DNA of 64,000 bases from a virus. A program made the position numbers and the translations under genes. The DNA lies in IMG/VR virus record IMGVR_UViG_3300030524_000001; one strand, written 5' to 3'. This document shows, in pieces, positions 9,390-18,573 of the stretch (position 1 is its first letter; each line of letters starts with the position of its first letter). Below the pieces are notes generated by a model. It was given only the letters and a program-made list of their open reading frames with translations. It did no database searches and was not told where the DNA came from.

Positions 9390-9619
9390 TCATCGCGGCA
9401 CCGCCGGGACCAGGCCGAACGCAAACCCCAGCAGCACAGCGGCCACGACTGCGAGCAGCAGGCAGGACAGGGCGCGCACGGCGGCGGCATAAATCTCGGA
9501 GGCGGTCACCGGTCACCCCGGTGCAACCACTTGTCCGCCAAGATCGCCAGACAGCCCAGCAGCGCGAACGCCGAGAACGCGGCCAGAACCAGATCCTCGA
9601 TAGCGCGGGCAACGGACAT
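9390..9619 (-). CDS. two tandem small hydrophobic proteins (9506-9619 and 9390-9509)
   Basis: Hand translation gives MSVARAIEDLVLAAFSAFALLGCLAILADKWLHRGDR and MTASEIYAAAVRALSCLLLAVVAAVLLGFAFGLVPAVPR; all junctions are stop/start overlaps. Confidence 0.45.
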
Positions 9620-10041
9620 CACGCACCGCCGTCCAGCAGCTCCGCGCGCCGGCGCAGTACCTCGACCTCGCTTGCGACGGCCTGCAGCGCAACGCCGTCG
9701 ACGCGCACCCGGCCGTCGTCGTCCAGGCCGAACGACAGTGCGTCGTGGACCTTCACCAGCGGCTCCGACTCGAAGCCGCCCAACTCCCGCGCCAGGGCCG
9801 TCAGCTTCGACGACTCCTGCTCCATCTGGTCCACGACCCAGTACGCGTAGAACAGCGACCGCAGCGCATCGTGGCGCTCACCGATCGGCAGCCGCGACCA
9901 CGCCGCAGCGCCGACGGCCCGCACGTCGAAGCCGTCCGGATGCTCCTTCACGAGCCGGTCGTGGGCCTGCTGGAACAGGACGCCGAAGTCCGAGCCGCTC
10001 TCCTCCGCCTCGCTTGCGAGGCGCTCGAAGTCACCCATCAC
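9619..10041 (-). CDS. hypothetical protein
   Basis: Coupled ORF, ordinary composition. Confidence 0.6.
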   Translation of the reverse strand: MMGDFERLASEAEESGSDFGVLFQQAHDRLVKEHPDGFDVRAVGAAAWSRLPIGERHDALRSLFYAYWVVDQMEQESSKLTALARELGGFESEPLVKVHDALSFGLDDDGRVRVDGVALQAVASEVEVLRRRAELLDGGA

Positions 10042-10757
10042 GCACCGCCGTCGAGCTGGCCACGCACGAGGCCCGTGATCGGGAACGGTAGGCTCATCTG
10101 CAAGTTGCGCTCAGCCAGGGCGAATTCGCGCCGGATCTGGATCGCGAAGTTGATGAGCTGCGGGAGCACGATCTCGTGGATCTCCCAGCGCGTCGCCAGC
10201 GGCCAGAACAGGTGCTCCCACTTGCGGTGCGGGCGAAGCTGGTTCGTGAGGATGCCGCCCTTGTTCAGCAGCTCCCGGAACTCGTTCGCGTCGACCATCA
10301 GGCCGTAGTGCTGTCGGGCGATCGCCGCGGCCTGGTCCCAGTTCACGGACGTCGCGTGGCCGCCGCTCTCCTGCTGCCGCTCCGCCGCGGCCTCGGCCTG
10401 CCGGGTGCGGGCCGCGAAGTAGATAAGCGCCGCCGCGATGGCGGCCTTGTTGGCGTCGCCGCGCATCGCCGTGAGGTAGCAGGCCATGCGGCTGAGCCGG
10501 TAGTCGGGGACGCTGCGGGTCGCTCCGGAGCCCGTGCGGACCATTTCGTTGAGCTCAACGAAATGGTTCTGAGCTGCGGTTTCTCCGAGTTCCACGACGC
10601 AGGCGGCGCGGGCGAGCTTGATGGTCTTCTGGAAGTTCCGCCAGTCGACGTAGTCGAGCGTCGTCATCAGGCGCCGCCCGCGCCAGTGCTCGCCGTCCTG
10701 GTCGATCTGACGGATCGCGTCGAACGGGGACTGGCCGGCGGATGAGATAGTGGACAT
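10038..10757 (-). CDS. BRO-N/DinD-like DNA-binding protein (antirepressor-like)
   Basis: SPFDAIRQ...EHWRGRRLM..LDY..WRNF...YRLSRMACYLTAMRGD..K..IAAAL.YFA..TR.AE. Confidence 0.8.
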   Translation of the reverse strand: MSTISSAGQSPFDAIRQIDQDGEHWRGRRLMTTLDYVDWRNFQKTIKLARAACVVELGETAAQNHFVELNEMVRTGSGATRSVPDYRLSRMACYLTAMRGDANKAAIAAALIYFAARTRQAEAAAERQQESGGHATSVNWDQAAAIARQHYGLMVDANEFRELLNKGGILTNQLRPHRKWEHLFWPLATRWEIHEIVLPQLINFAIQIRREFALAERNLQMSLPFPITGLVRGQLDGGA

Positions 10758-10833
10758 GAGGTCCCTTTCGGTGGTTCGGATGGATCTGCGTTCGGGTGGG
10801 CCGCTCCCGCGACTGGGAGCGGCCCCAGGCGCG

Positions 10834-11985
10834 TCAGACGCGAGAGCGGAGCTGCTCCAGGAAGCCGCGCAGCTCGGATGCCTCCGCCGAGCCCGGCATC
10901 GTTCCGCCATTGGCCGCAGCGAACTCGTCCTCGATCTGCTGCATCGACCAGCCGAAACGCGACGCGGCGGTCACGATCTGCACCCACAGGTCAGTCGGGT
11001 CGCCGCTGGGCTCGTCGTCGACCAGCTCCGCCTCTACGACGTCGTCCTCAAACTCGACAGGCTTCCCGTCGGATTCGGGCACGGCGTCCGCGACCGGTGC
11101 TACCTTCGCGCCGGGCTTCGACTTGCCAACCGCCGCGAGCTGCGCCAGGTAGTCCTTCGGAGCGCCGGCGGCCTGCGCTTCGTCGTAGATCTTGCGCACC
11201 GCTGCCGCGTCAGCAGCCGCATTCGCCGCGGCCAGGAAGTCCTTCGGTGGCGTGGCAGCAGCAGCCTTCGCGGCCTCGATGGCCACGACGCCAGGACTGG
11301 CCAACTCCACCTTCGGAGCCGCCCCGGTGACCTGGCCCGCCATCAGCTCGCCTGGCGTGACGTCCACGTCGATCGTCGGCACCATGAACCGGTTCGGCGG
11401 ACCGTCGTCCTTGAGGACGACCTTCTCTTCCATGCCGAGCCACCCGGGCACGTAGCCGCCGACCAGCGCCAGGATTTCGGCGGCCCCCGGCAGCGTCACC
11501 GCCGAGTTGTAGCCCTTCGACACCAGCAGCCACTGGCCGAGCGCGGGCACGTCGCGGAGCATCACGTTCACCCGCGTCGTCATCGAGCACTGCCGGTTCT
11601 CGGGGTTGCACATGCACGGCTTGTCGCTCTTCTGCTCGACCTCCCCGTCGCACCGGCGCAGGCACCGGGAACCGGCGTACAGCTCGTACCACTGGGACAC
11701 GGCGTCGCGCGGCGGGACGAGGATCGGCAGCCGGTCGAAGGTGGAGTACACCTCCCACTCCGGGGTGCCGCCGTTCGCCGGTGTCCACGGCTGCACCGTC
11801 CCGCCGTACTTCTCGGCGACCTTGTCGAGGATCACCTTCGACGGCGACGTGAACCGGAACTTGCTGAGCTTGGCGGGCCGCTTGACCGGCTTGCCGTTCT
11901 TGTCGTTCTTGCCGGTCGCAACGGTGTGGCCGATCCGGATCTCCCCGATCTGGCGGAGCCTCTGCTGCAGGTCTTTGATCGGCAT
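10834..11985 (-). CDS. Gp3-like recombination directionality factor family / probable ssDNA-annealing protein
   Basis: True start is MPIKDLQQRLRQIGEIRIG (TAATG overlap); RPAKLSKFRFTS and RRCDG...C.C...C...TRVNVML resemble the phiC31/phiBT1 gp3-like family as I recall it. Confidence 0.6.
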   Translation of the reverse strand: MPIKDLQQRLRQIGEIRIGHTVATGKNDKNGKPVKRPAKLSKFRFTSPSKVILDKVAEKYGGTVQPWTPANGGTPEWEVYSTFDRLPILVPPRDAVSQWYELYAGSRCLRRCDGEVEQKSDKPCMCNPENRQCSMTTRVNVMLRDVPALGQWLLVSKGYNSAVTLPGAAEILALVGGYVPGWLGMEEKVVLKDDGPPNRFMVPTIDVDVTPGELMAGQVTGAAPKVELASPGVVAIEAAKAAAATPPKDFLAAANAAADAAAVRKIYDEAQAAGAPKDYLAQLAAVGKSKPGAKVAPVADAVPESDGKPVEFEDDVVEAELVDDEPSGDPTDLWVQIVTAASRFGWSMQQIEDEFAAANGGTMPGSAEASELRGFLEQLRSRV

Positions 11986-12890
11986 TACGCCGCCTCCCCC
12001 TCGGAAGTGGCAGTCGGCAGCACCAGCGGCGCACCGACCACGGTCTTGGATAGAACTCGCTCGAACTCGGCGACCTTGTAGACGTCGAGGAACGCCTCGA
12101 ACATGTCGTCGCCGCAGTTCAGCGGCATCACCCGAACGCCCTCGGGGCGCAGGTGCAGCACGATCCCCGTGCTGTGGGTCATGGGCATCGGGACCTTGGA
12201 GCCGTCCCGCATCCAGCACATCTCGGCCCGGCGGTAGCCGGCCATCTGCAGCCCGGCCTCCGGGTAGACGCCCTTCTCGTCGAGCTCCCCGCCGGTCTTC
12301 GTGTCGCCCATGAAGAGCGTGACCGGCGGAACCTTCAACAAGGCTGCGATCGGCGGAGAGTAGAACATGTAGTCCAGGCGGCCCGCGTAGCCGTGCGTGT
12401 AGTTCGCGACGACCATCTCGGAGGCCTCGAACGTCACCTCCCAGTCCTTCACGAACTGCAGGAAGTTCTCCAGGTACGGCGCCATGTCCGGGTCCGCGAG
12501 CACCGACTCGGGTAGCGGCGAATCCAGGACGAGAGCTTCGACGATGTCGTGTACTGCGGTGCCAAGGTCGCCGCGTTCCTCCTTCTTGCGGACGTGCCCC
12601 TTGCGGAGCCAGTCGTAGGCGGCCTCGCGCTGGTCGGGGTGCAGCGAGGCGCCGATGAGGTAGGGCAGGTTGTCCATGGCGTCCTGCGCCGTGATGTTCG
12701 CGGCCCAGAACATCAGGCCGGGCTTCGGGCAGCCCTGGCCGAGCAGGGTGGTGACGGACCGGAGCTTCTCGCCGGTCTCCTTGTCGCGGTACCAGCCCTG
12801 CGAGCGGTTGGGGATGCGGGCCTCGCCGGTCGGCGTCTCGACCTTCTTCGCGGCGCGCTTCCGGGGCGTCTTCGTTGTCGGCGCGTTCAC
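11985..12890 (-). CDS. PD-(D/E)XK exonuclease (phage recombination nuclease)
   Basis: SVTTLL, GTAVH, GYAGRLD, GDTKTG, LQMAGY motifs. Confidence 0.85.
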   Translation of the reverse strand: MNAPTTKTPRKRAAKKVETPTGEARIPNRSQGWYRDKETGEKLRSVTTLLGQGCPKPGLMFWAANITAQDAMDNLPYLIGASLHPDQREAAYDWLRKGHVRKKEERGDLGTAVHDIVEALVLDSPLPESVLADPDMAPYLENFLQFVKDWEVTFEASEMVVANYTHGYAGRLDYMFYSPPIAALLKVPPVTLFMGDTKTGGELDEKGVYPEAGLQMAGYRRAEMCWMRDGSKVPMPMTHSTGIVLHLRPEGVRVMPLNCGDDMFEAFLDVYKVAEFERVLSKTVVGAPLVLPTATSEGEAA

Positions 12891-13234
12891 TCGCCTTCAC
12901 CTTTCGTCGTGTCAGCAGGCACCGCGTGCTTGGCGCGCAGCTGGTCGACCCACTGGTCGGCGGCTTCCTTGCTCGGGAAGTTGCGGGGCCGCCGGGATTT
13001 GCCGTAGAGGCGGTGGCGGACCTGCCAGCCGTGGCCGGTGTCCTTGACGCTGACGCCGGTCAGCGGGGACTTCGGGGCGGGCGTCAGCCGCTCGACCTCG
13101 GCGACCAGTTCCGCCGTGAAGTCCGCGGCACCGTGCGCCGAGCAGCACGCGAACCCCAGCTCCGGGTGCGCGGCGTAGGCATCGACGGCGGCACGGGCCC
13201 CGGCGAGACGGGCGGCGGGGAGCGGGGCGGTCAT
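12887..13234 (-). CDS. hypothetical protein, C-terminus AP2/Arm-like
   Basis: GWQVRHRLYGKSRRPRNFPSKEAADQW resembles three-stranded DNA-binding arms. Confidence 0.45.
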   Translation of the reverse strand: MTAPLPAARLAGARAAVDAYAAHPELGFACCSAHGAADFTAELVAEVERLTPAPKSPLTGVSVKDTGHGWQVRHRLYGKSRRPRNFPSKEAADQWVDQLRAKHAVPADTTKGEGE

Positions 13235-13569
13235 GCCTCGATCTCCTCGGGCTCGCGGGTGTCCTCGGCGGTGTCGACGGTGCGGCACCGCGTCGAGCAG
13301 TAGCCGCCGAACAAACCCGGCGGGCACGGGACCCGGCAGTCGATGCACCGCCAGCCGACCGCCAGACGCGCGGCCTCCGCGTCCGCATCCGACCAGCGCA
13401 CCAAACCCAGGCCGTGCATGGGCTCGCCCGTCTCGACGTGATCAATCAGGCACACCAACACCCCACCCGGGGCAGCCAGCGGGTGACCCGGCAGACGCGA
13501 ATTGCACACCACCGGGTCGGGCCCCAGGGCAAAGTCCCAGACAGAGGGATCGGGGTAGACGGCGCTCAT
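13231..13569 (-). CDS. Cys-rich hypothetical protein
   Basis: CIDC...YCSTRC zinc-finger-like; ATGA-coupled. Confidence 0.55.
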   Translation of the reverse strand: MSAVYPDPSVWDFALGPDPVVCNSRLPGHPLAAPGGVLVCLIDHVETGEPMHGLGLVRWSDADAEAARLAVGWRCIDCRVPCPPGLFGGYCSTRCRTVDTAEDTREPEEIEA

Positions 13570-13793
13570 CGGGACACCTCACGGTTCGCTGCATCGCACG
13601 GCTCCAGGCGCACCAGCAGCGCGCGAGCCAGATCGTTGTTGCCGCGCAGAACCGCGGCATCCAGTTCGTGCCGCACCGCAGACTTCACGGCATCGGTCGT
13701 CGCGTGGTTGTGGAAGCAACCGCAGTCCGGCGCAACCCGCACAAACGGCGGAGCCGGCGGAACCGGACGGCGGCGAGTCAGTGGGAGCTTCAT
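13566..13793 (-). CDS. hypothetical protein
   Basis: ATGA-coupled small ORF. Confidence 0.45.
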   Translation of the reverse strand: MKLPLTRRRPVPPAPPFVRVAPDCGCFHNHATTDAVKSAVRHELDAAVLRGNNDLARALLVRLEPCDAANREVSR

Positions 13794-14167
13794 GCCGTCA
13801 CCTGCCCGGCCAGGTCCAGCAGCGTCTGGACGACCGCGCTGTCCGGGACAAGGTCCTCCCACGCGTCGAGCTGAGTCAGCGCATCGAACTCGTCGTCCGG
13901 GTGCACGGTGACCTCAGCGACGTGATCGGCGAGCAGCCAAAGCGCCCACCGGGACAGTGCACACGACCGCAGCGGGTCACCGGTTGCCGCGAGCTGGATT
14001 GCGGCGGCGACGCACAACTCGCGCTCCGCGAGCGGCAGCTGCGCAGCTGGCACCGCCAGCGCGGAGGGCTTCACGAAGTCGCCGACGTAGTGGCCGTTCA
14101 GGGTCAGGCGGTCAGCAGCAGCTGCGAACACCGCGGCCACGGTCGAAGGCATCGTCATTGTGGTCAC
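13790..14167 (-). CDS. hypothetical protein
   Basis: GTGA-coupled; LTLNGHYVGDF...LCVAAAI motif recurrent in actinophage early genes. Confidence 0.55.
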   Translation of the reverse strand: MTTMTMPSTVAAVFAAAADRLTLNGHYVGDFVKPSALAVPAAQLPLAERELCVAAAIQLAATGDPLRSCALSRWALWLLADHVAEVTVHPDDEFDALTQLDAWEDLVPDSAVVQTLLDLAGQVTA

Positions 14168-14493
14168 GCCGCCACCGCCTGCGGGACGTCGCGCAGATCC
14201 CCGCGCAACACCTCGACCGGGAAACGCTCCACCAGCAGGTACGCCTCCAGGCGCGCCCTCGACTCCGGGTCCTCGCTCAAGTGCTGCGCGACCATTTCGG
14301 CGTGACGCAGCTGCAGGTGCAGCGTCCAGTCCTCCCACGCGTCGATGCTCGGTACCAGCACCAGCAGCGCGTTCGGGCGCTCCACCAGCAGCACGCCGCT
14401 GTCCGGCAACTGGTCCTGCACGGCGAGGAGGATCGCAAGCGCACGGCTCGCAGGGCGGTCGGCTGGTTGCGGTTCGATAGAGTCAACGGGCAT
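14164..14493 (-). CDS. hypothetical protein
   Basis: AAAGGAG RBS before ATG 14493. Confidence 0.55.
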   Translation of the reverse strand: MPVDSIEPQPADRPASRALAILLAVQDQLPDSGVLLVERPNALLVLVPSIDAWEDWTLHLQLRHAEMVAQHLSEDPESRARLEAYLLVERFPVEVLRGDLRDVPQAVAA

Positions 14494-14590
14494 GGCCCGC
14501 TCCTTTGCAGTTCGGTGTGGTGGGCTGTGCTTGGGCCATCGGCGCCGCGGGGTCAGCTCCCGCAGGTATGTCGGTGGCCCGCTCTCGTTC

Positions 14591-14833
14591 TCAGGCGGCG
14601 GTGCGGGTGGCCCGTTTGCCGGTGGCGTCCATGGCCGAGATGAGCACCGCGTCTTCCTTGCGGCGCTGGATGATCGCTGCCTCGATCGCTTCGACGGTTC
14701 CGAGCGGGTGCCCGGGATGCCATGCGGCCTTGGCTGCCTCGCGCGGAGTACGTGCCGCCTGGACTGCGACGTCGTGGATGAGGACTTGGGCGGCATCGGC
14801 GATGGCCTGCTCGCGGGTCACGGGGATGTTCAC
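14591..14833 (-). CDS. hypothetical protein
   Basis: GTGA overlap with Cro stop. Confidence 0.55.
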   Translation of the reverse strand: MNIPVTREQAIADAAQVLIHDVAVQAARTPREAAKAAWHPGHPLGTVEAIEAAIIQRRKEDAVLISAMDATGKRATRTAA

Positions 14834-15081
14834 GCGATGGCCTCGGATTGGCCCCCTGGGGCCTCGACCTCTTCGTAGAGCTCTTCGATCGGCACCGTGT
14901 AGTGGTGCGAGAACAGTTCGAGGTAGCGAACCTTGGGCTCGACGTGGTGGTGGACGAGGCGCGAGAAAGTGCCTGGGGTAATGCCCGTGCGGTCGCGGAT
15001 GGCGAGGTCGGTCGTGTCGCCGAGGAGTTCAGCGGCGGCGTAGAGCCGCTGGGTCTTGAGTCGGATGGGCACGTGGGCCAC
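14830..15081 (-). CDS. Cro-like HTH regulator
   Basis: 83 aa, AIRDRTGITPGTFSRLV HTH, AGGAGG RBS, divergent from repressor. Confidence 0.75.
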   Translation of the reverse strand: MAHVPIRLKTQRLYAAAELLGDTTDLAIRDRTGITPGTFSRLVHHHVEPKVRYLELFSHHYTVPIEELYEEVEAPGGQSEAIA

Positions 15082-15089
15082 CTCCTAAG

Positions 15090-15276
15090 TTCCACAAGTG
15101 GGCTTGTTTCCGCTTGTGGAATCAACGTAGCCCGACCGGCGCACCCTTGCCACTGTTTCCACTTGTGGAATTAGTAACGGTTTCGTAACGCACATGGCGC
15201 GTACATGTCCCATGACGTGGGTGGTAACGGTGAAGACCTGAGGCTCTGGGGAGTCGACTAATTTCCAGATGTGGAA
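15090..15276. promoter_or_regulatory. four 14-bp palindromic operators of the lysis/lysogeny switch
   Basis: TTCCACAAGTGGGC 15090, TTCCGCTTGTGGAA 15108, TTCCACTTGTGGAA 15157, TTCCAGATGTGGAA 15263; consensus TTCCAC-NN-GTGGAA. Confidence 0.8.
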
Positions 15277-15317
15277 CTATGTGCATAAGCGGCAGTAGCG
15301 AGAGCTACCGTGCACCC

Positions 15318-15803
15318 ATGGGGAGCGTTGGGACGGACATGACCATGACGACAGCGCAGAGGTTCGCAGCCTGGCTCGCGCCGGCCATGCGACGCAAAGG
15401 CCTCAACATCGACAGCCTCAGAGGCGGGGGGCGCATCACCTTCGCAGAAGCCGTCGGCGTCTCCCCAAGCACCGTCAACCGCTGGCTGGCCGGGAAAAAC
15501 ACCCCCGACCCGGACAAATTCGAGCTGATCGCGGCCACCCTGGACACCGAAGGCCGCGACCCGGCAGACGCCGCGATCGAGATGCTCGTCGAAATCGGCA
15601 TCATTTCTTCACAACAGGCCACCGAAGGGCGCAATCCAGCCGTACGCTTGCCACCCCTGTCCCCGTCAGAGGCGGCGGACCGGCTCGGGTTCCGCGACCC
15701 AGTCGATCGCGAAATGTTCTTCGGCGTGATCGACCGGCTCACCCGTCAGCCGCGTACGGCCTCCGACCAGGACAGCACTGGGGGAGCGGCGGCCGAGGGA
15801 TAG
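15318..15803 (+). CDS. immunity repressor (XRE HTH), probably leaderless
   Basis: FAEAVGVSPSTVNRWLAGKNTP HTH; TACCGT (15306-15311) 6 nt before ATG 15318. Confidence 0.8.
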   Translation: MGSVGTDMTMTTAQRFAAWLAPAMRRKGLNIDSLRGGGRITFAEAVGVSPSTVNRWLAGKNTPDPDKFELIAATLDTEGRDPADAAIEMLVEIGIISSQQATEGRNPAVRLPPLSPSEAADRLGFRDPVDREMFFGVIDRLTRQPRTASDQDSTGGAAAEG

Positions 15804-15809
15804 GCGGGG

Positions 15810-16346
15810 ATGACCATGCAGTCCGGTACCTGGGGGTCCATCTACAGTCTGCTGACCGTGGGGGTGATCGTCACGATCGCTCTGCTGGTGGGCAGCTTCA
15901 CCACCGGCAGCAGGTCCCTCGGGTTCGCGGGAATCGTTCTGTGCATCATCACTTTCGGGATCGCCCACATCATCCTCGAATCCCGATGGCTGAAAATCGG
16001 CCGCACCAAGAACGAGGAAGACCGGGAACGCATTCACCGCGAAGAGATCGACGTCTGCGCCAAGCGCGCCATCCTCGACAACGAGACCCACCGCGCGACC
16101 CGCGCCATCGAGGAACAGCAGAACGCCCTACGCGCCCAAATCACCGCCGAGCGCGAAGAGATGCTCGCCGAGGTCGAAGAGCGCCGCCAGCAGTACAAGC
16201 GCGAAGGCTTCCAGGTCGGGTTCGAAATGGCGAAGCGCGGAGTCGCCGCCGAAACGCTCACCGAAGGCGCAACAGTGATCCACCTGCCCGTCGGCACGTA
16301 CCAGCCCACCACACTGGGCGAAGGGGCGCTCTACCACCGCAACTGA
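15810..16346 (+). CDS. membrane protein with two TM segments and cytoplasmic coiled coil
   Basis: Two hydrophobic stretches in the first 55 aa; lies between repressor and integrase. Confidence 0.65.
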   Translation: MTMQSGTWGSIYSLLTVGVIVTIALLVGSFTTGSRSLGFAGIVLCIITFGIAHIILESRWLKIGRTKNEEDRERIHREEIDVCAKRAILDNETHRATRAIEEQQNALRAQITAEREEMLAEVEERRQQYKREGFQVGFEMAKRGVAAETLTEGATVIHLPVGTYQPTTLGEGALYHRN

Positions 16347-16359
16347 TCGGGGGACAGTC

Positions 16360-17910
16360 ATGCCCAGGCAACCTCCAGCAGGCGACCTCATCCCTGCCAT
16401 CGGCTACGTGCGCGTGTCGACGTGGAACGAAGAAAAGATCTCCGACGAGATCCAGAAATCCGTCATCGAAGACGCCGCCCGCAGAGCCGGCCGCCGCATC
16501 GTCGGCTGGATCCCCGACCTCGACGCCACCGGACGCAACTTCAAACGCCGCATCATGGAAGCCATTGAGGCCGTCGAGAACCGCTCCATGCACGGCGCGC
16601 GGGAGATCTGGGTATGGAAGTTCAGCAGGTTCGGCCGCTCCCGCCACGGCGTCATCATCAACCTCGCCCGCGTCGAGCACGTTGGCGGCCAACTCATCTC
16701 CGCGACCGAGCAGATCGACGCCACCACCGCCACAGGCCGTTTCACCCGCGGCATGCTCTTCGAGATCGCCGCATTCGAATCCGAGCGCGCCGGCGAACTC
16801 TGGTGCGAGACGCACGAGTGGCGCCGCAAGAACGGACTCCCCGCCACGGGAGGCCACCGGTTCGGTTACCTCTGGACACCGCGCCTGGACCCTTTCGGCA
16901 AGCCCCAGGAAGAGTCCTACGATCCTGTCGAGGAGCCGGGCGATGCCCTGGACGAAGCCTACGTGCGCTACGTCGAGGGAGAGGGCTACTACCCGCTGGC
17001 CGTGGACCTCAACGGGATTGGCCTGTTCAACCCGCACAAGCGCTGCAAGGGCCCGTGGTCGGCCCAGTCGCTGCAGCAGTACATGGACTCCGGGTTCGGG
17101 GCGGGGATGCTCCACGTCCACCAGCGCGATATCGCGTGCGGGAACCGGCAGCAGTGCCCGGAGAAGAAGGAGCACTACCACTACATCCCCGGAGCGCATC
17201 CTCCCGTGGTCAAGGACGAGGAGACTTGGCTTGCCTACCTGGAGCGTCGTGCACAGCGCAAGAAGCTTCCGCCTCGGTCGCGGATCCCCACATACCCGCT
17301 GAGCAACAGGATGCGGTGCGATCTGTGCAGCGGGTCGTCCATCGCCACGATGGCCAACGGGGTTCTGGGTGGCGCATGGCGGTGTGCGCGGCATGTGAGT
17401 GCGGCGAAGTCGTGCCCGGGGTGCTACGTCACGACGAAACGGGTCATGGCCGACCTGTGGATCTGGCTCGACGGCGTCGAGGCGCAGGTCGATGCGATTG
17501 CGTGCGGCGAGTGGGCAGAACGTGCGCCGGTGAAGCGGCCTGATAAGTCGGCGGCGCGGGCGCGGTTCTCGCAGCAGGTCCAGGCGGCGGCGATGGCACT
17601 GGACAGGGCGTCGGATTCACTGGCGCGCGGCGTGATGCCGGAGGAGAGCTACCTGCGGCTGAAGGACAAGCTGACGTCAGAGCAGTTGCAGGCCGAGCAG
17701 AAGCTGTTGGCCCTGAACACGGGTGACGTGGAGGAACCGGGGCGGCCGACGGAGGCTCACGCTGCGGTTGTTCGCCAGCTCCGCAGGGAGTGGGATGTGA
17801 TGTCGGTGCAGGGGAAGCACGACCTACTGGGGAAGGTGATCCGGGAGGTCAGGATCAGTCCGGCAGGTGTCGAGCCGAGGTGTAACTTCGTTCCCGTCTG
17901 GGCTAACTGA
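16360..17910 (+). CDS. int: large serine recombinase (integrase)
   Basis: GYVRVST catalytic motif, VWKFSRFGR, recombinase domain GGHRFGY, zinc ribbon CDLC...WRC...C, coiled coil. Confidence 0.95.
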   Translation: MPRQPPAGDLIPAIGYVRVSTWNEEKISDEIQKSVIEDAARRAGRRIVGWIPDLDATGRNFKRRIMEAIEAVENRSMHGAREIWVWKFSRFGRSRHGVIINLARVEHVGGQLISATEQIDATTATGRFTRGMLFEIAAFESERAGELWCETHEWRRKNGLPATGGHRFGYLWTPRLDPFGKPQEESYDPVEEPGDALDEAYVRYVEGEGYYPLAVDLNGIGLFNPHKRCKGPWSAQSLQQYMDSGFGAGMLHVHQRDIACGNRQQCPEKKEHYHYIPGAHPPVVKDEETWLAYLERRAQRKKLPPRSRIPTYPLSNRMRCDLCSGSSIATMANGVLGGAWRCARHVSAAKSCPGCYVTTKRVMADLWIWLDGVEAQVDAIACGEWAERAPVKRPDKSAARARFSQQVQAAAMALDRASDSLARGVMPEESYLRLKDKLTSEQLQAEQKLLALNTGDVEEPGRPTEAHAAVVRQLRREWDVMSVQGKHDLLGKVIREVRISPAGVEPRCNFVPVWAN

Positions 17911-17954
17911 CGTCTTTTACGCGTAACGTCGTTGGTTATTACGTGTAAAAGACG
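17911..17954. other. intact attP-like site for the serine integrase
   Basis: CGTCTTTTACGCGTAA-N12-TTACGTGTAAAAGACG; arms match 15/16; centred on TT 17932-17933; AT-rich and starts at the base after the int stop. Confidence 0.75.
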
Positions 17955-17988
17955 CTAGAAATCCCGTTCGATCCGACACGGGCGCCGG

Positions 17989-18189
17989 TCACTGACCGTC
18001 CTGGAAGTGCTCGTCGAAGATCCGCAGGAGATCGCCGAGGCGGTCGCGGAGGCGGTCGGCGGTCAGGCGCGCTTCTGCGGCAGTGAGGCTGTCGATGTCG
18101 GTGCCGGCGACTTCGCGGTAGTAGGTCTTGGCGATCTGCCAGGTGAAGCGTTGGAGGGGTGTGACGGGGTCCAATTCGTTCTCGGACAC
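17989..18189 (-). CDS. hypothetical protein
   Basis: Short ORF convergent with int; start uncertain. Confidence 0.4.
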   Translation of the reverse strand: MSENELDPVTPLQRFTWQIAKTYYREVAGTDIDSLTAAEARLTADRLRDRLGDLLRIFDEHFQDGQ

Positions 18190-18573
18190 GGTGCTCCGGT
18201 GTTGGACGGTGAGGGTGGTCTGGCGCGGCGAGCGCCGGTGTTGCATCCCGGGCCTGAGGGATGGGTCAGGCCCGTGGCGGGCGGTCCGTCAATCGCGCGT
18301 CGGATTTTGGCATATGCCCCGACGATAGGCGCGTGACTGGTTGATCGTTGGACGATTCCCGGGGGTTGTGGCGGGCGTGACGGGAGGGCGCCGCGGGGCG
18401 CGCCTGCGGTCGGATGCTCGACATCAGGGCGGCTCGGGGGTGTCGGCCGGTCATAACTCGCTCATAGGTTCGAACATATCGGTGGCAGAGCCACGTAATC
18501 AACCCCGCGCCCGCCCTGAACTGGGAAGTTAACTGTACAGACATTTGATCTTGCTCCTACCAGCGTTGCAGGG

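Noticed and set aside
10834-12900. 688-aa ORF as one protein
   Set aside because: The first ~300 codons are a shadow frame of the exonuclease gene; the real start is ATG 11985 with an RBS and TAATG coupling.
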